Program-made: the position numbers and the translations under genes | Part shown: positions 39,112-49,025 of the stretch, piece after piece | How positions within the stretch are numbered: position 1 is the first letter of the stretch | How the letters are laid out: every line of letters begins with the position of its first letter | Assembly (NCBI GenBank): GCA_041483895.1 | Contig: JBGPGO010000016.1 | Span: 1-64,000 of the forward strand | Reading direction: 5' to 3' | Origin: Fimbriimonadia bacterium | GTDB lineage: Bacteria; Armatimonadota; Fimbriimonadia; Fimbriimonadales; JABRVX01 | Length of the DNA stretch: 64,000 nucleotides | The notes under the pieces: model-generated | What the model was told of the DNA's origin: nothing | The model's database searches: none | Seen by the model: the letters and a program-made list of their open reading frames with translations, nothing else

Positions 39112-39531
39112 ATGAAGGTCAGCTATGCTGTCCTAGCAGACGGAGCGAATGTGTCCCTCGAGGGCAAGCCCAACATACTCGGCGTCCTCGATACAATCAA
39201 TTCGCCGGTATTTCCGTGCAACTATCCTGCACTAAGTCTCGTGTTCGGAGTCGAACTGGGAGCAGCGGAGCGCGTGGATACCAAAGCCCTGGAAGTCATC
39301 ATTATCGATGATGATGGTAAGGACATTGCCCACCTAAACGGGCAGTTCCCGCCTCGAGATGAAAATCAGCGGCACCGTACTACGACGCATTTGGTCGTGA
39401 ATTTCGCGGGCCTTTTGATTCCGCATCCTGGCTCGTACAGCGTCAACATTCTTGTCGCTGGCGAGGAGAAGGCGACGTTACCATTGACGATCAACCAATT
39501 GCGCCCGGACGGCCAACGCCGAGCGGGGTAG
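39112..39531 (+). CDS. DUF6941-like hypothetical protein
   Basis: AAGGAG RBS; YAVLADGAN..GKPNILGV.DTI..FP and PHPGSYSVNILV pattern. Confidence 0.7.
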   Translation: MKVSYAVLADGANVSLEGKPNILGVLDTINSPVFPCNYPALSLVFGVELGAAERVDTKALEVIIIDDDGKDIAHLNGQFPPRDENQRHRTTTHLVVNFAGLLIPHPGSYSVNILVAGEEKATLPLTINQLRPDGQRRAG

Positions 39532-39617
39532 CACTCGACGAGTAATGCGAATTTCGCAGAAGTGAGCTATTGAACCGCACTCGGGCGTAGTTCACAACGA
39601 CTACGGAATCCTTTCTA

Positions 39618-39657
39618 GCCCTCCGGGTATCGCAGCCCGGAGGGCAATTTGTTTTTT
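39618..39657 (+). terminator. Intrinsic terminator
   Basis: GCCCTCCGGG-8nt-CCCGGAGGGC followed by AATTTGTTTTTT. Confidence 0.75.
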
Positions 39658-39710
39658 GTGTAGTTCCCGGGCCCCTGCATGAACGTTTGGGTGGCGGGTA
39701 AACTTTTGTT

Positions 39711-40451
39711 ATGACAAGCGGGACAGCTCTAACGAAAGAGCAGCGCGACTACCTGCTAGAGTCCGTCATTCCGTACGAGTTAGTAGGCGTAATTGACGGG
39801 GCATCAAGGACGGCAAATCCCAAACTGGACCAGCAGATGCGGAATCATGTCCTCGATTCGTTCGCCATCCACGCAAGGAATTTGTACGATTTCTTCTTCC
39901 CCGGACCAAACCGAAGGGTCGGGGACATCACCGCAGACGCGATCAGCCCTGGGTTCCAGCCTGTCAAGGACCACAAATTGGACCAGCAGGACGTGTTTGT
40001 CAAAGCCAGCACGCTTGTTGCCCACATTTCGGTCGAACGCGTGAATAAGCTGATCAATCCTGAGTACACAGAATGGCAGCACTGGGGTGTAACTCGCATC
40101 GCCGCGTTCTTCTACAATCTTGGCTGCCAATTCTATAAAAGCACTGGTCTGACGTATCCTCTACCGAAGGCGACTCCGACACCGAAGTGTCACGTGATCC
40201 TGCTTTCTGACATTGAGGATGCAGGTTTGGAAATTGGCTTTGTAGGAGTTGTCGTTGACGTGCCAAGAGCAGGAGAAGTAGAGGTCGGCTTTGCTGTAAA
40301 TGGCGGACTGGGATGCATATCAAAAAGTGTTGTGGCGAGCGAATCGTATTTCCTCGTACTCGCTCAGTACGATGTGTCAGGGTCTAGGGTATCGGCGGGC
40401 GGTGGGTGGTCGGAGGGAGTGAACCCCGACACATCGCAGTTGGCGCCATGA
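39711..40451 (+). CDS. Hypothetical protein: helical (possibly HEPN-like) N-domain + DUF4926-like C-domain
   Basis: DSFAIHARNLYDFF and LVAHIS motifs; C-terminal VILLSDIEDAGLEIGFVGVVVDV..EVEVGF. Confidence 0.6.
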   Translation: MTSGTALTKEQRDYLLESVIPYELVGVIDGASRTANPKLDQQMRNHVLDSFAIHARNLYDFFFPGPNRRVGDITADAISPGFQPVKDHKLDQQDVFVKASTLVAHISVERVNKLINPEYTEWQHWGVTRIAAFFYNLGCQFYKSTGLTYPLPKATPTPKCHVILLSDIEDAGLEIGFVGVVVDVPRAGEVEVGFAVNGGLGCISKSVVASESYFLVLAQYDVSGSRVSAGGGWSEGVNPDTSQLAP

Positions 40452-40537
40452 CGACCAATCAATGCACTGCTCGCGGTCCCGACAGAGACCCCCAGTCAGT
40501 TGAACGATGGATTCGTCAGAGCCTCTCACCGACGTGA

Positions 40538-41206
40538 TTATTGAGGTATACCATCATCCCCTTCATCCGATTCGCCTGGTAATTGGGGTTGTACCTCCTC
40601 GGCGAGCGCAACGGTCGCATCTTCTATGAGGTGGCGATCCTGGAGTTTACCAAGTCCCCTAAGAGGTAGCACGATCTGCTGGCTTGTTAGAGAGCGAATT
40701 TCATCGTCGGTGTATCCCAAACTTCTGAGGATATCAATTCGCTCGCGTACGGCTTGATTTTCTAGGATCGTGTTCTCATGCTCTGCCTTCCGATGCAGAA
40801 TGTCGTCTCGCCATTCCTTGTCCTTAATTCGTTCGTGTCGATCATTCACATAATCCCTTATGGTCTCCAAGGGGCTGAGGGCACCAACAAATTCCCAAAA
40901 TCCAGGCGACGCAAGCTGCACGGCCGACAATTCGAGTGGCACAGCGTCGAAGAATGGATCGATAAAGTACTGAGAGCCGGGATAGCCCAGCAATTCGTAA
41001 CCGAATAGCGAAACCAGTTTATTCTGGCGGGGTAAAGGAATGTACTGGTCGATTTGCTGAACCGCCGCGACGAATGAATCGAATCGGGATATCGAGTTGT
41101 AGGCCTGCTCAAACGATAGCAATATATCCCTCGCATCCTCGACGGCGATGCCACCGTGGCTATTTAATCGCAATCTTGTCATTTCACTTGGCATAGGTGT
41201 CTTCAC
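40538..41206 (-). CDS. Hypothetical protein
   Basis: 222-aa ORF with GAGGG RBS; LSAVQLASPGFWEFVG motif followed by a coiled region. Confidence 0.7.
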   Translation of the reverse strand: MKTPMPSEMTRLRLNSHGGIAVEDARDILLSFEQAYNSISRFDSFVAAVQQIDQYIPLPRQNKLVSLFGYELLGYPGSQYFIDPFFDAVPLELSAVQLASPGFWEFVGALSPLETIRDYVNDRHERIKDKEWRDDILHRKAEHENTILENQAVRERIDILRSLGYTDDEIRSLTSQQIVLPLRGLGKLQDRHLIEDATVALAEEVQPQLPGESDEGDDGIPQ

Positions 41207-41454
41207 CCCTCACTTCTCCACGCTTGGCGAAGGATATTATGCCATCCTTCGACAATCAAATTGTTGAGAGGCTTTCTGGATCGCGTCGTTGGGGCCACTG
41301 CAGCCCACTCGATGAGCGGCTCATGGTCTTTGCACCCACCACAGATTCTTTTGAACCAAGGGTTCGGCAGAGCCGCTCAACAATATGATTGCCGAGCGAT
41401 GCATTCCGGCGCGAAAATGGCCCGATAGGAGTATAATGTCGGTTACGTTTTACT

Positions 41455-42024
41455 TTGTTTTGGAGGTTTGACGTGAACACCAGACTTACTTGGCTACTCG
41501 TTTCAGTTTCCGCCGTTTCGCTACTGTTTTCCGGCGCCGTCCTGGTTTCCCGGCCACTGTCCGCCCAAAAGGTTGACGCGATTCCTCTATGGAGTTCACT
41601 GCCGAGACAGTCGGAGCTGTGGAGCATGTCCACACACAACCACCCCGGAGCTACGTGGGTGCCGTACGACACCCCACCAACAGCGACTTGGTACTTGGAG
41701 TTCACCGTTCCAAAGACCGGCCCGCGCCCTGTTGTTACCCGCGTTGGAGGAGCGTATGAGAACACCCAGTATGGCGTTTCTTACTACAATGACTTGACGC
41801 GCCGACGATCTGACGGTGTTTGGGCGTACGTGTTTTTTTTGGAGTCGTATGGCGAGCCATCTCTTGTCACGAACGGACTCCTCTTGCTTCCGGGGCAGTA
41901 CCGCATGACAGTTTATTTTAGGAACAGCATCGGCGAAGAAGCGCCGGTTTCCGATCCCGAAGCGTTCATTTCTGAACACGACTGCTACACGATGTTCCTG
42001 AGCGGCTACTGGGCGTTGCCCTGA
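41455..42024 (+). CDS. Hypothetical exported protein
   Basis: TATAAT upstream; GGAGG before GTG ~41473 (likely true start); hydrophobic N-terminus. Confidence 0.6.
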   Translation: MFWRFDVNTRLTWLLVSVSAVSLLFSGAVLVSRPLSAQKVDAIPLWSSLPRQSELWSMSTHNHPGATWVPYDTPPTATWYLEFTVPKTGPRPVVTRVGGAYENTQYGVSYYNDLTRRRSDGVWAYVFFLESYGEPSLVTNGLLLLPGQYRMTVYFRNSIGEEAPVSDPEAFISEHDCYTMFLSGYWALP

Positions 42025-42056
42025 GAACACCACGGCCACTTGGTGAATGCGGACCG

Positions 42057-42121
42057 GATGTGTCGGGGTCTTGGGTATCGGCGCGCGATGGGTGGTCGGA
42101 AATAGTGAACCCCGGCACATC
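42057..42121. repeat. Family B-like palindromic repeat
   Basis: GATGTGTCGGGGTCTTGGGTATCGG ... AATAGTGAACCCCGGCACATC; reverse complement resembles 10642-10704. Confidence 0.8.
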
Positions 42122-42177
42122 GCGGGCGGGGGGTAGGCGGCCAGTTCGGGGCCGGTATCCGGCGCAACAATTGGTCA

Positions 42178-42235
42178 TATAGGACTTATAGGACTTATAC
42201 GACCTATAGGACCTATGCGGCCTATTGGACCTATA
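42178..42235. repeat. 9-mer tandem repeat (TATAGGACY)n upstream of four-helix-bundle gene
   Basis: TATAGGACT TATAGGACT TATACGACC TATAGGACC TATGCGGCC TATTGGACC TATA. Confidence 0.9.
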
Positions 42236-42255
42236 ACTCCGGAGGACTGGTGCCC

Positions 42256-42285
42256 TTGACGGGGGAGTGGGCCTTCTGATACGCT
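42256..42285 (+). promoter_or_regulatory. Putative sigma70 promoter, leaderless
   Basis: TTGACG-18nt-TACGCT, 6 nt before ATG 42292. Confidence 0.6.
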
Positions 42286-42291
42286 TTCCCC

Positions 42292-42843
42292 ATGTCCGAA
42301 GAGTTGCTGCCTGCTCACGGCGGCTATCGCAATCTGAAAGCTTTCCAAAATGCGGAGATCGTGCATGATGGCACGGTGGAGTTTTGCAAACGATTCCTGA
42401 GGGCAACGGATCGAACATCGGACCAGATGGTGCAAGCGGCGCGGAGCGGAAAGCAGAACATCGTGGAAGGAAGCGCGATAAGTGGGACATCGCGTGCGTC
42501 GGAGCTGAAATTGATTGGTGTCGCACGTGCAAGCCTCGAAGAACTGCTGAATGATTATTTGGATTTTCTCCGGCAGAGGGACTTAGAGGTTTGGGAGAAG
42601 GAGCATCCGAAGGCGGTTTTTATCCGGAAGTTGGCATATAGGACGAATAGGTCTTATGGGACCTATAGGACTTATATTGAGGAAAAGCCTGGTGATACCG
42701 CCGCCAACACGCTGATCTGTCTGATTCAGCAGACCTGCTATCTGCTCGATCGGCTGAAGCGGCAGTTGTCGCAACGCCTGCTCGAAGAGGGTGGCATCAA
42801 TGAGCGGATTTATCAAGCGAGGCGGAAGCAGCGCGGCTACTGA
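42292..42843 (+). CDS. Four helix bundle protein (23S rRNA IVP/bAvd-like superfamily) with suffix domain
   Basis: HGGYRNLKAFQ, RTSDQMVQAARSGKQNIVEGS, ELKLIGVARASLEELL.DY.DFLRQR, EEGGINER..ARR. Confidence 0.9.
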   Translation: MSEELLPAHGGYRNLKAFQNAEIVHDGTVEFCKRFLRATDRTSDQMVQAARSGKQNIVEGSAISGTSRASELKLIGVARASLEELLNDYLDFLRQRDLEVWEKEHPKAVFIRKLAYRTNRSYGTYRTYIEEKPGDTAANTLICLIQQTCYLLDRLKRQLSQRLLEEGGINERIYQARRKQRGY

Positions 42844-42857
42844 ACACGAATTGGTCG

Positions 42858-42897
42858 TATAGGTCCTATAAGTCATATACGTCCTATAAGACCTATA
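42858..42897. repeat. 9-mer tandem repeat, inverted relative to 42178-42235
   Basis: TATAGGTCC TATAAGTCA TATACGTCC TATAAGACC TATA; overlaps the pepV stop. Confidence 0.85.
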
Positions 42898-44278
42898 GCG
42901 AGGCGAGGCGATACAGGATGTGCGCGTAGATTTTGGATAGCCTGATATAAGAAGCGATGGCGATGCGTTCGTTGGCCTCGTGCCCGGGGCCGTCGCCGGG
43001 GAAGCCCGCGCCGATGGCAACGGTATTGGGGACGGCCCGCGCATAGGTGCCGCCGCCCATCGTGCCCGGCTCCAACTTCTCTATGCCCTCGTCCTTGCAC
43101 ACGGATAGGATTGTCTTCACCGGCTCCCTGTCGAGCGGCACAAACAGCGGCTTGCTGTCCGAAAACTCCTTCAGCTCCCACCCATGCTTTTCGCGCATTT
43201 TCGCGTTCTTCTCCAACAGCATGTCGCCGGTCCACTCGACGGGATATCGGATGTTGTACAGCGCCTCGATCACTCCATCGTGAATGGAAAGAAGGCCCCA
43301 GTTGGAGGTCAGCTCCCCGGCCACCTCGTCGCGGCCATGGATGCCCAGCCCCACGCCGCCCGTGTCGCCGGTCGCATAGATGGGATCGATCCAGTCGCTC
43401 CCGCCGGCCAGCGGCAGATCGGTCAGGACGCGGAACAGGCGGTTGACGGCGCTGTCCCCGCAAAACGGAGCGGCCCCATGCGCGGGCTTGCCTTGCGCCT
43501 TGATCGTGATTTGGTCTCCGGCGCGGCTGTACGTGATGTTCTTGTCCCAGCACTCGCCGAGAACTTCCATCGCCTTGTCCAGGTCTTTGTCGGCGCCGGT
43601 CAGGGTTGCGGAGGCATATTGCGGCACGATGTTCGGCCTGCTGCCCGCCTCCCCGCTCACCAATTTCAAACCCTCTGCGATCGGCTGCTTCATGGTCAGC
43701 GTTAGGTTGGCGATACCCTTTTCGGCATATATCAGTGGAAATCCGGCGTCGGGGGCGAAGCCGTAGGTCGGGGCCTCCTCGTGCTCGAAATAGTGCTTGA
43801 CGCAGCGGAACCCGCTCTCCTCGTTGCAGCCGAAAACGATACGGACGCGGCGCTTGATCGGGACCCCTGTCTCTTTCAGTGCGCAGGCGGCGAAGTAGGC
43901 GGCAAAGCTGGGACCCTTGTCATCCCCTGCCCCGCGGGCGTAGATATATCCGTCGTCTATGGTCGCGCCGTACGGGTCATATTTCCAGCCGTCGCCCTCC
44001 GGCACCACGTCCAGGTGGCAGAGCGCCATCACCATCTCCGGCCCTTCGCCGAACTCCGCGTGACCGGCATAGCCGTCCAGGTTCTTGGTGCGGAAACCGG
44101 CTTTTTCGGCGAGGCTGAGGGCGTGGTCGAGCGCGCGGCGGCATTCGGGGCCGAATGGGGCGCCCGGCGCTGGGTCGGCCTCTTTACTGGGGATTCTCAG
44201 TTGGTCTTGGAGGGCTTTGACCATCTCGTCCTGATGGTTGTCTATCCATTGTTGGAGTTGCGTTACGGCGGGGTCCAT
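42893..44278 (-). CDS. pepV: M20 family dipeptidase PepV
   Basis: HLDVVPEGDGW, ARGAGDDKGP, GCNEESG, PDAGFP..AEKG, GGGTYAR, HEANE. Confidence 0.93.
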   Translation of the reverse strand: MDPAVTQLQQWIDNHQDEMVKALQDQLRIPSKEADPAPGAPFGPECRRALDHALSLAEKAGFRTKNLDGYAGHAEFGEGPEMVMALCHLDVVPEGDGWKYDPYGATIDDGYIYARGAGDDKGPSFAAYFAACALKETGVPIKRRVRIVFGCNEESGFRCVKHYFEHEEAPTYGFAPDAGFPLIYAEKGIANLTLTMKQPIAEGLKLVSGEAGSRPNIVPQYASATLTGADKDLDKAMEVLGECWDKNITYSRAGDQITIKAQGKPAHGAAPFCGDSAVNRLFRVLTDLPLAGGSDWIDPIYATGDTGGVGLGIHGRDEVAGELTSNWGLLSIHDGVIEALYNIRYPVEWTGDMLLEKNAKMREKHGWELKEFSDSKPLFVPLDREPVKTILSVCKDEGIEKLEPGTMGGGTYARAVPNTVAIGAGFPGDGPGHEANERIAIASYIRLSKIYAHILYRLASL

Positions 44279-44318
44279 GGCGAGACAGTTCTGCCCGGGG
44301 GGCGGGTGTCCTTCCAGA

Positions 44319-44538
44319 GTGATGGGGTCTTGGGTATCTGCTGACCGGGGATATCGGCGGACGAGGACCCCAACACAACAGCCATTTGGCTACTCCGGAG
44401 TGTTGGGGTCTTGGGTATCTGCGGATCGGGGATATCGGCGGACGTGTACCCCAACACATCAACCCTTTGGCTACTTTGGAGTGTTGGGGTCTTTGGTATC
44501 TGCAGACCGGGGATATCGGCGGACGTGTACCCCAACAC
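44319..44538. repeat. Three tandem family B repeats, 81-bp period
   Basis: GTG[A/T]TGGGGTCTT.GGTATCTGC..A.CGGGGATATCGGCGGACG...ACCCCAACAC at 44319, 44400 and 44481. Confidence 0.92.
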
Positions 44539-44552
44539 AACTTCATCCTTTC

Positions 44553-44576
44553 ATGCCGGCTGGAAGCCAGCGTTAC
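44553..44576. repeat. Single arm of family F repeat containing a stop codon
   Basis: ATGCCGGCTGGAAGCCAGCGTTAC; TTA 44573-44575 is the stop of the adjacent gene. Confidence 0.7.
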
Positions 44577-45139
44577 TTTTGGCCGGCGAGGATTGAGTCC
44601 ACCACTTTGCACCATTCGGACTGTTTCGAATAGTTGGCCCCGTGCTCCGTCTCAATATCGTACTGGTCCTGCATCTGCTTCCACTTTCCGTTCAGATCGC
44701 GCAAGGCAGATTTCACTTTGTCGGTCAAGTCGTTGATAGCATCCGTCTCTGCCACCCCGGTACCGACCAATCCAGTAAGAACATTATGGTATTCGGTTTC
44801 CCAATAGAGGGTGATTGCAAAATGGTATTGCTCGTGGAGCAGAAGATGCTCGGAGTTCTTTCCCAGCTTGACACCCGACTTCGTGCGATCCATCACGCAG
44901 CGGATGCGGGCCACCTCCAGCATCACCGACCACTGACCAGAGTCGTCCTTGACCGCCGTGCCGAACTGGTAGTCGCCGCTTAGGCGAGTGGTGATATATG
45001 CGTCTTCAGGCCCGGCCGGCGCCTCGCCCTTAAAGTCTCCCCAATCCACATTCCGATACCGGGCCGCGGTATCGATCTCCGGAGCGGGGTGAGACGCAGC
45101 CAGAACGGCAATCACAAGAACCCTCGGCGACAACACCAT
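44573..45139 (-). CDS. DUF922-like secreted putative Zn-dependent protease
   Basis: AGGAGG RBS, signal peptide, WGDFKG, LLLHEQYHFAI (HExxH), QYDIETEHG..Q..W. Confidence 0.75.
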   Translation of the reverse strand: MVLSPRVLVIAVLAASHPAPEIDTAARYRNVDWGDFKGEAPAGPEDAYITTRLSGDYQFGTAVKDDSGQWSVMLEVARIRCVMDRTKSGVKLGKNSEHLLLHEQYHFAITLYWETEYHNVLTGLVGTGVAETDAINDLTDKVKSALRDLNGKWKQMQDQYDIETEHGANYSKQSEWCKVVDSILAGQK

Positions 45140-45237
45140 AGCAGTCCTCCTACGCAAGCATTATACAACCTGATTCGGACATTTCAAATGGGTAACTCGG
45201 GTAAAATGGTCGCCGCGAAGGCGTGGGAGGAAAATTC

Positions 45238-45483
45238 TTGGTCGTTGCTTACAATATATTTCTTTGGTTGGATCGAATTGTCGCCCTATTGTTCATCGCG
45301 CTGGTGACCATGCAGGGCGCAAAGGCCGGCGGGTTGACGGGAGCCTCGGCCTCGGTCCGAACGACATTCAAGGGGAAGGCCGGTTTTGACGACTACATGT
45401 CGAGGGTGACGCTGTACCTGGGGCTTTCCTTCTTCGTCATCACGCTTCTTGTTGAGGTGTTGGCGCACCGTGGCGGCAGGTAG
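45238..45483 (+). CDS. secG: Preprotein translocase subunit SecG
   Basis: Two TM helices around MQGAKAGGLTG..F.GK.GFDD..SRVT; GGAGG RBS before TTG. Confidence 0.85.
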   Translation: MVVAYNIFLWLDRIVALLFIALVTMQGAKAGGLTGASASVRTTFKGKAGFDDYMSRVTLYLGLSFFVITLLVEVLAHRGGR

Positions 45484-45490
45484 GCAGGCG

Positions 45491-45649
45491 TCAGGCGACC
45501 TTTTCGAGGCTTTCCACTTCGCCATTGACGCGATCCGCCCAGTTGCCATCCGCAAGAGCCAATTCCTCGGGCTCCGGCTGGGCCATCCGCACCATTCCCA
45601 AGTAAAATCCGACCGCTGCGCCAACATAAACGGCAAATCCCAACAGCAT
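45491..45649 (-). CDS. Small hypothetical membrane protein
   Basis: 52 aa, N-terminal TM, acidic tail, GAGGG RBS. Confidence 0.5.
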   Translation of the reverse strand: MLLGFAVYVGAAVGFYLGMVRMAQPEPEELALADGNWADRVNGEVESLEKVA

Positions 45650-45747
45650 AATGACTTCCCTCACGAAAGAATCTTCGGCGGCCCGATTGCCGAACTCCAC
45701 TCTATTCCGCGAACCCAAACGGCTTTTCACACGTATTTCTCCCTGAT

Positions 45748-47451
45748 ATGATCCTCGCCACCCTTCTTCTCGCAACCCTGCCGGCAACCGGTATCGAGCT
45801 GAGCTACACGCTCACGGTCCCCCAACCCGGAACGAAGAAGGTGGAGATTAGCGGCAGCCTCATTCTGCCGAAAGAGCGGCGGTTCTCCTTGGTCATCGGC
45901 CAAGGCCAGATGTATCCGTTCCAGAAGTTTGGCGAATATGTGGAGGATTTGGAAGCCGTTGTGGACGGAGAGCGGCTGAGGCCGGTCCGAATTTCGCAAG
46001 ACGCCTGGCAGATCCCAACGGGTAAACGATGTGACTTCAGTTACAAAGTGCGGCTCGAGCATCTGAGCGGCGCGTATCAGCAGTCGCTTTCGGAAATCCC
46101 CTACTCCGGCCCGGACTTCCTCACCTTCCCTACCATCGGCCTGTTCCTGCGGCCTTCGGAGGATGTGCGGCCGGTTAAGTCGGTACGGATTCGCTACAAA
46201 ATGCCGGACGGCTGGAAGGTTGCAACCAACATGCACGTCCAACCGGATGGAAGGTATGAGGCGCGAAATCCGGGTGCGTTTGGGCAATATTCGTTCGTGG
46301 CGCTGGGCCGATTTGCGGAGGCGTCGCTGGATCTCGGGCCGACGAAGGTGCGGGCGATATTGTGCGGCGACTCGTATGGCTTTCCCAAGCAGAGCTTTGG
46401 AGAGGTAGCCGGCAAGGCGGTGAAGGGGGTTCACGATTTCTTCGGCAGCCTGCCCGAAACGGAGCTTCTGCTGATCGCCGCGCCCTATCCGGGATCGAAA
46501 GACCGTGCTGGTGTCAGCTTTGGCGGCAGCGTAAGCCGATCTGAAGGGATGTCCATGATGTTGAGCGTGGACGAGAAGATGGGCCCGAAGGAACTGAACA
46601 CTCAGGTCGGTCCGCTCATCGTCCACGAAACCTTTCATCTGGGCAATCCGTCCTCAAACGTTCCGGACACCTGGTTTCGGGAGGGATTCACAACCTACTA
46701 CCAGCACGTCATCGCGGCCCGCCTCGGCTTCCTTACAGAGGACGAATTTGTCACAGAACTATGCCAGCGCAGCCAGAACCATCGAAGGGTCCCGCCGGTA
46801 TCCTTGGAAGAGGCGGGGAAGCGCATGTTCCAGGATCGCCGCTGCTACGAAGATGTGTACACCGGCGGCGCGCTGATGGCATTCCTGCTCGATGTCGAAA
46901 TGCGCAGGCGCGGATTTTCTTTGGACGAGGTAATGCTCCGCTTGTATCGGGACTATGCGCTTCGCGGCAAGGATTTCGATCGCGCCGTCATGGGGCGGAT
47001 CGTCACGAAGATATCCGGCGTCAATCTGGCGGAGATGATTGATCAGTATGTCGAGCACGACCAATGGCCCTCGATCGAATCGACGGTGCGGGAGTCAGGC
47101 TACACAGTGGAAGTCAAGACCGAGCCGTACCAATTGGGGGTGCCGCTCAAGTCCGTCGGCGATGACGGCTACAAGGTCAGCTCGATACCGTCTGGGATAG
47201 ATACCGGCCTGAAAGAGGGCGACGTCATCGTCGCGGTAGATGGCAAATCGGTTCACAATCGCGATCTTCTGATGGCAGCGCTCAAGGGCGATCCGGCGGG
47301 CGACCAATTTCAGCTAACCATCAAACGCGGCGACGCAATGATGAACATCGCCGTTACTCCATACCGAATCACAAAGGTCACCGCGCACAAGAAAGAAGGC
47401 GGCGATACATCCGTCATCGACGCAATCGTCAGCGCTGCTCACTCGCAATAA
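45748..47451 (+). CDS. M61-like metallopeptidase with PDZ domain
   Basis: Signal peptide, [40 protein letters not shown]. Confidence 0.88.
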   Translation: MILATLLLATLPATGIELSYTLTVPQPGTKKVEISGSLILPKERRFSLVIGQGQMYPFQKFGEYVEDLEAVVDGERLRPVRISQDAWQIPTGKRCDFSYKVRLEHLSGAYQQSLSEIPYSGPDFLTFPTIGLFLRPSEDVRPVKSVRIRYKMPDGWKVATNMHVQPDGRYEARNPGAFGQYSFVALGRFAEASLDLGPTKVRAILCGDSYGFPKQSFGEVAGKAVKGVHDFFGSLPETELLLIAAPYPGSKDRAGVSFGGSVSRSEGMSMMLSVDEKMGPKELNTQVGPLIVHETFHLGNPSSNVPDTWFREGFTTYYQHVIAARLGFLTEDEFVTELCQRSQNHRRVPPVSLEEAGKRMFQDRRCYEDVYTGGALMAFLLDVEMRRRGFSLDEVMLRLYRDYALRGKDFDRAVMGRIVTKISGVNLAEMIDQYVEHDQWPSIESTVRESGYTVEVKTEPYQLGVPLKSVGDDGYKVSSIPSGIDTGLKEGDVIVAVDGKSVHNRDLLMAALKGDPAGDQFQLTIKRGDAMMNIAVTPYRITKVTAHKKEGGDTSVIDAIVSAAHSQ

Positions 47452-47992
47452 GGGTCATAAACTCGCTGCGCGTTGTGTGAGAATCGCGAAAAACCCCGAT
47501 GACGTGGCTCGTCGTGACGCTGGAGTGCTGCTTTTCAATTCCTCGCGCCATCATGCACAGGTGTTTGCCTTCACACACCACGGCCACCCCCTGCGGATGG
47601 ATCGCCGTATCGAGGGCCTCGGCAACCTCCGTCGTCAGCCGCTCCTGAACTTGTAAGCGCCGCGCAAACATTTCCACCACGCGCGCGATCTTGCTCAGGC
47701 CAACGATCTTATCGTTCGGAATATAACCGACATGGACGCGGCCAAAGAACGGGAGTAAATGGTGTTCGCACAGGCTGAAATACTCGATGTTGCGGACGAT
47801 GATCATCCCCTCGCCGGGCGAATCGAAGATGGCGTCGTTCAGGATGGTCTGAAGATTCATCTTGTATCCGCCGGTCATGTAGCTCATCGCTTCGGCTGCG
47901 CGCTTTGGGGTCAGCGTGAGACCCTCCCGCGCCGGATCCTCGCCAATTTGCGAAAGAAGCCCGGAGTACAGCTCGGAGAATTGGCCCTTCAT
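47429..47992 (-). CDS. folE: GTP cyclohydrolase I
   Basis: [50 protein letters not shown]. Confidence 0.97.
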   Translation of the reverse strand: MKGQFSELYSGLLSQIGEDPAREGLTLTPKRAAEAMSYMTGGYKMNLQTILNDAIFDSPGEGMIIVRNIEYFSLCEHHLLPFFGRVHVGYIPNDKIVGLSKIARVVEMFARRLQVQERLTTEVAEALDTAIHPQGVAVVCEGKHLCMMARGIEKQHSSVTTSHVIGVFRDSHTTRSEFMTLIASEQR

Positions 47993-48816
47993 TCGCCGGA
48001 GTACTCGAAGACGTTATTGGAGGTCTCCCGCACTATGACGCGCGCCAGCTTCGCCGGCACCTTGTCGACCAGCCGCCGCCATATCAATCGCGTTACGTTT
48101 TCCGTCGTCGACACGAGTTCTTTGAAGTCCGGAAGGTCCAGGTTGAGATGCTTGTGGTCGAGATAGTCCAGGACCTCTCGCCCCACGCATTCATCCAGTT
48201 TGGCGAGGTCCGCGAGCATTCCGGATTTCGGATCGATCTGGCCGGTCACCGAGACCTCGAACGCGTAGTTATGGCCGTGGCCGTGCGGATTGCTACACGC
48301 GCCGAACAGCTTCACGTTCTCCTCCTCCGAGAAGTGGGGAGAATAGAGGCGGTGGGATGCGGAAAATTCGTATCTGCGTGTCAGGAGCATGGCCCCTTCC
48401 TTCCTGGTGGGTTCGTAATCAACCCATAACTCATCCGATTCGGCAACGACGAGCCGCACCATTTCCGTTCCGGGGATGCCGGGCGACAGCTCGCCCCATG
48501 CGAAGAGCGCCACGTTCTCGAGGGTCGGGATCGTGTCGAGAAAGGCCGGCACGTCGCGGTTGATCCAGCAGTCCCGAAGGACGTGAACCACGCTCTGTTC
48601 GAGCAGCTTCGCGACCTCCGAGATGTTGACGACCATGCCGGTCTTGGGATCGGGGTCGCCGGCGATCGTGAGCAAAATGCGATAGTTGTGGCCATGGGGG
48701 GATTCCCGCGCGGCGATGCCAAACAGGCGCGCGTTTTCCTCGCGCGAGAGCGTGGGGATCCAGAAGTTATGGGCGGCCGAAAACCCGGCCCCGCGGGTGA
48801 CAAGAACACGGCTCAT
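47989..48816 (-). CDS. Two-domain 6-pyruvoyl/6-carboxy-tetrahydropterin synthase (COG0720)
   Basis: Two repeats of FSA.H...HGHNY..DPK.GM..(P/T)T.EN. Confidence 0.92.
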   Translation of the reverse strand: MSRVLVTRGAGFSAAHNFWIPTLSREENARLFGIAARESPHGHNYRILLTIAGDPDPKTGMVVNISEVAKLLEQSVVHVLRDCWINRDVPAFLDTIPTLENVALFAWGELSPGIPGTEMVRLVVAESDELWVDYEPTRKEGAMLLTRRYEFSASHRLYSPHFSEEENVKLFGACSNPHGHGHNYAFEVSVTGQIDPKSGMLADLAKLDECVGREVLDYLDHKHLNLDLPDFKELVSTTENVTRLIWRRLVDKVPAKLARVIVRETSNNVFEYSGE

Positions 48817-49025
48817 GGTTGACTCCAACGGTACCACAATTTCGTTCGCCAACATGGCGCCCGCCAGCGTTAGCTTGCGCTGGGTCACACGCCAGGGGCA
48901 GCTTGCAGCTACCAATATTTGCTGATCGCATGGATAGATTCGCAGGGCAGATGAGTCTACATTATAGGTCACAAAGAATCCGGCGCTGGAGCCAAGTTGG
49001 TATTGCACCTAAAGGAGAAATCTGG

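Noticed and set aside
42292..42843. Diversity-generating retroelement (Avd-like gene)
   Set aside because: No reverse transcriptase and no TR/VR pair differing at adenines was seen in the window.
44319..44538. CRISPR-like array
   Set aside because: Units are 58-bp palindromes with near-identical 23-bp linkers, not unique spacers; the same unit is dispersed elsewhere; no cas genes.
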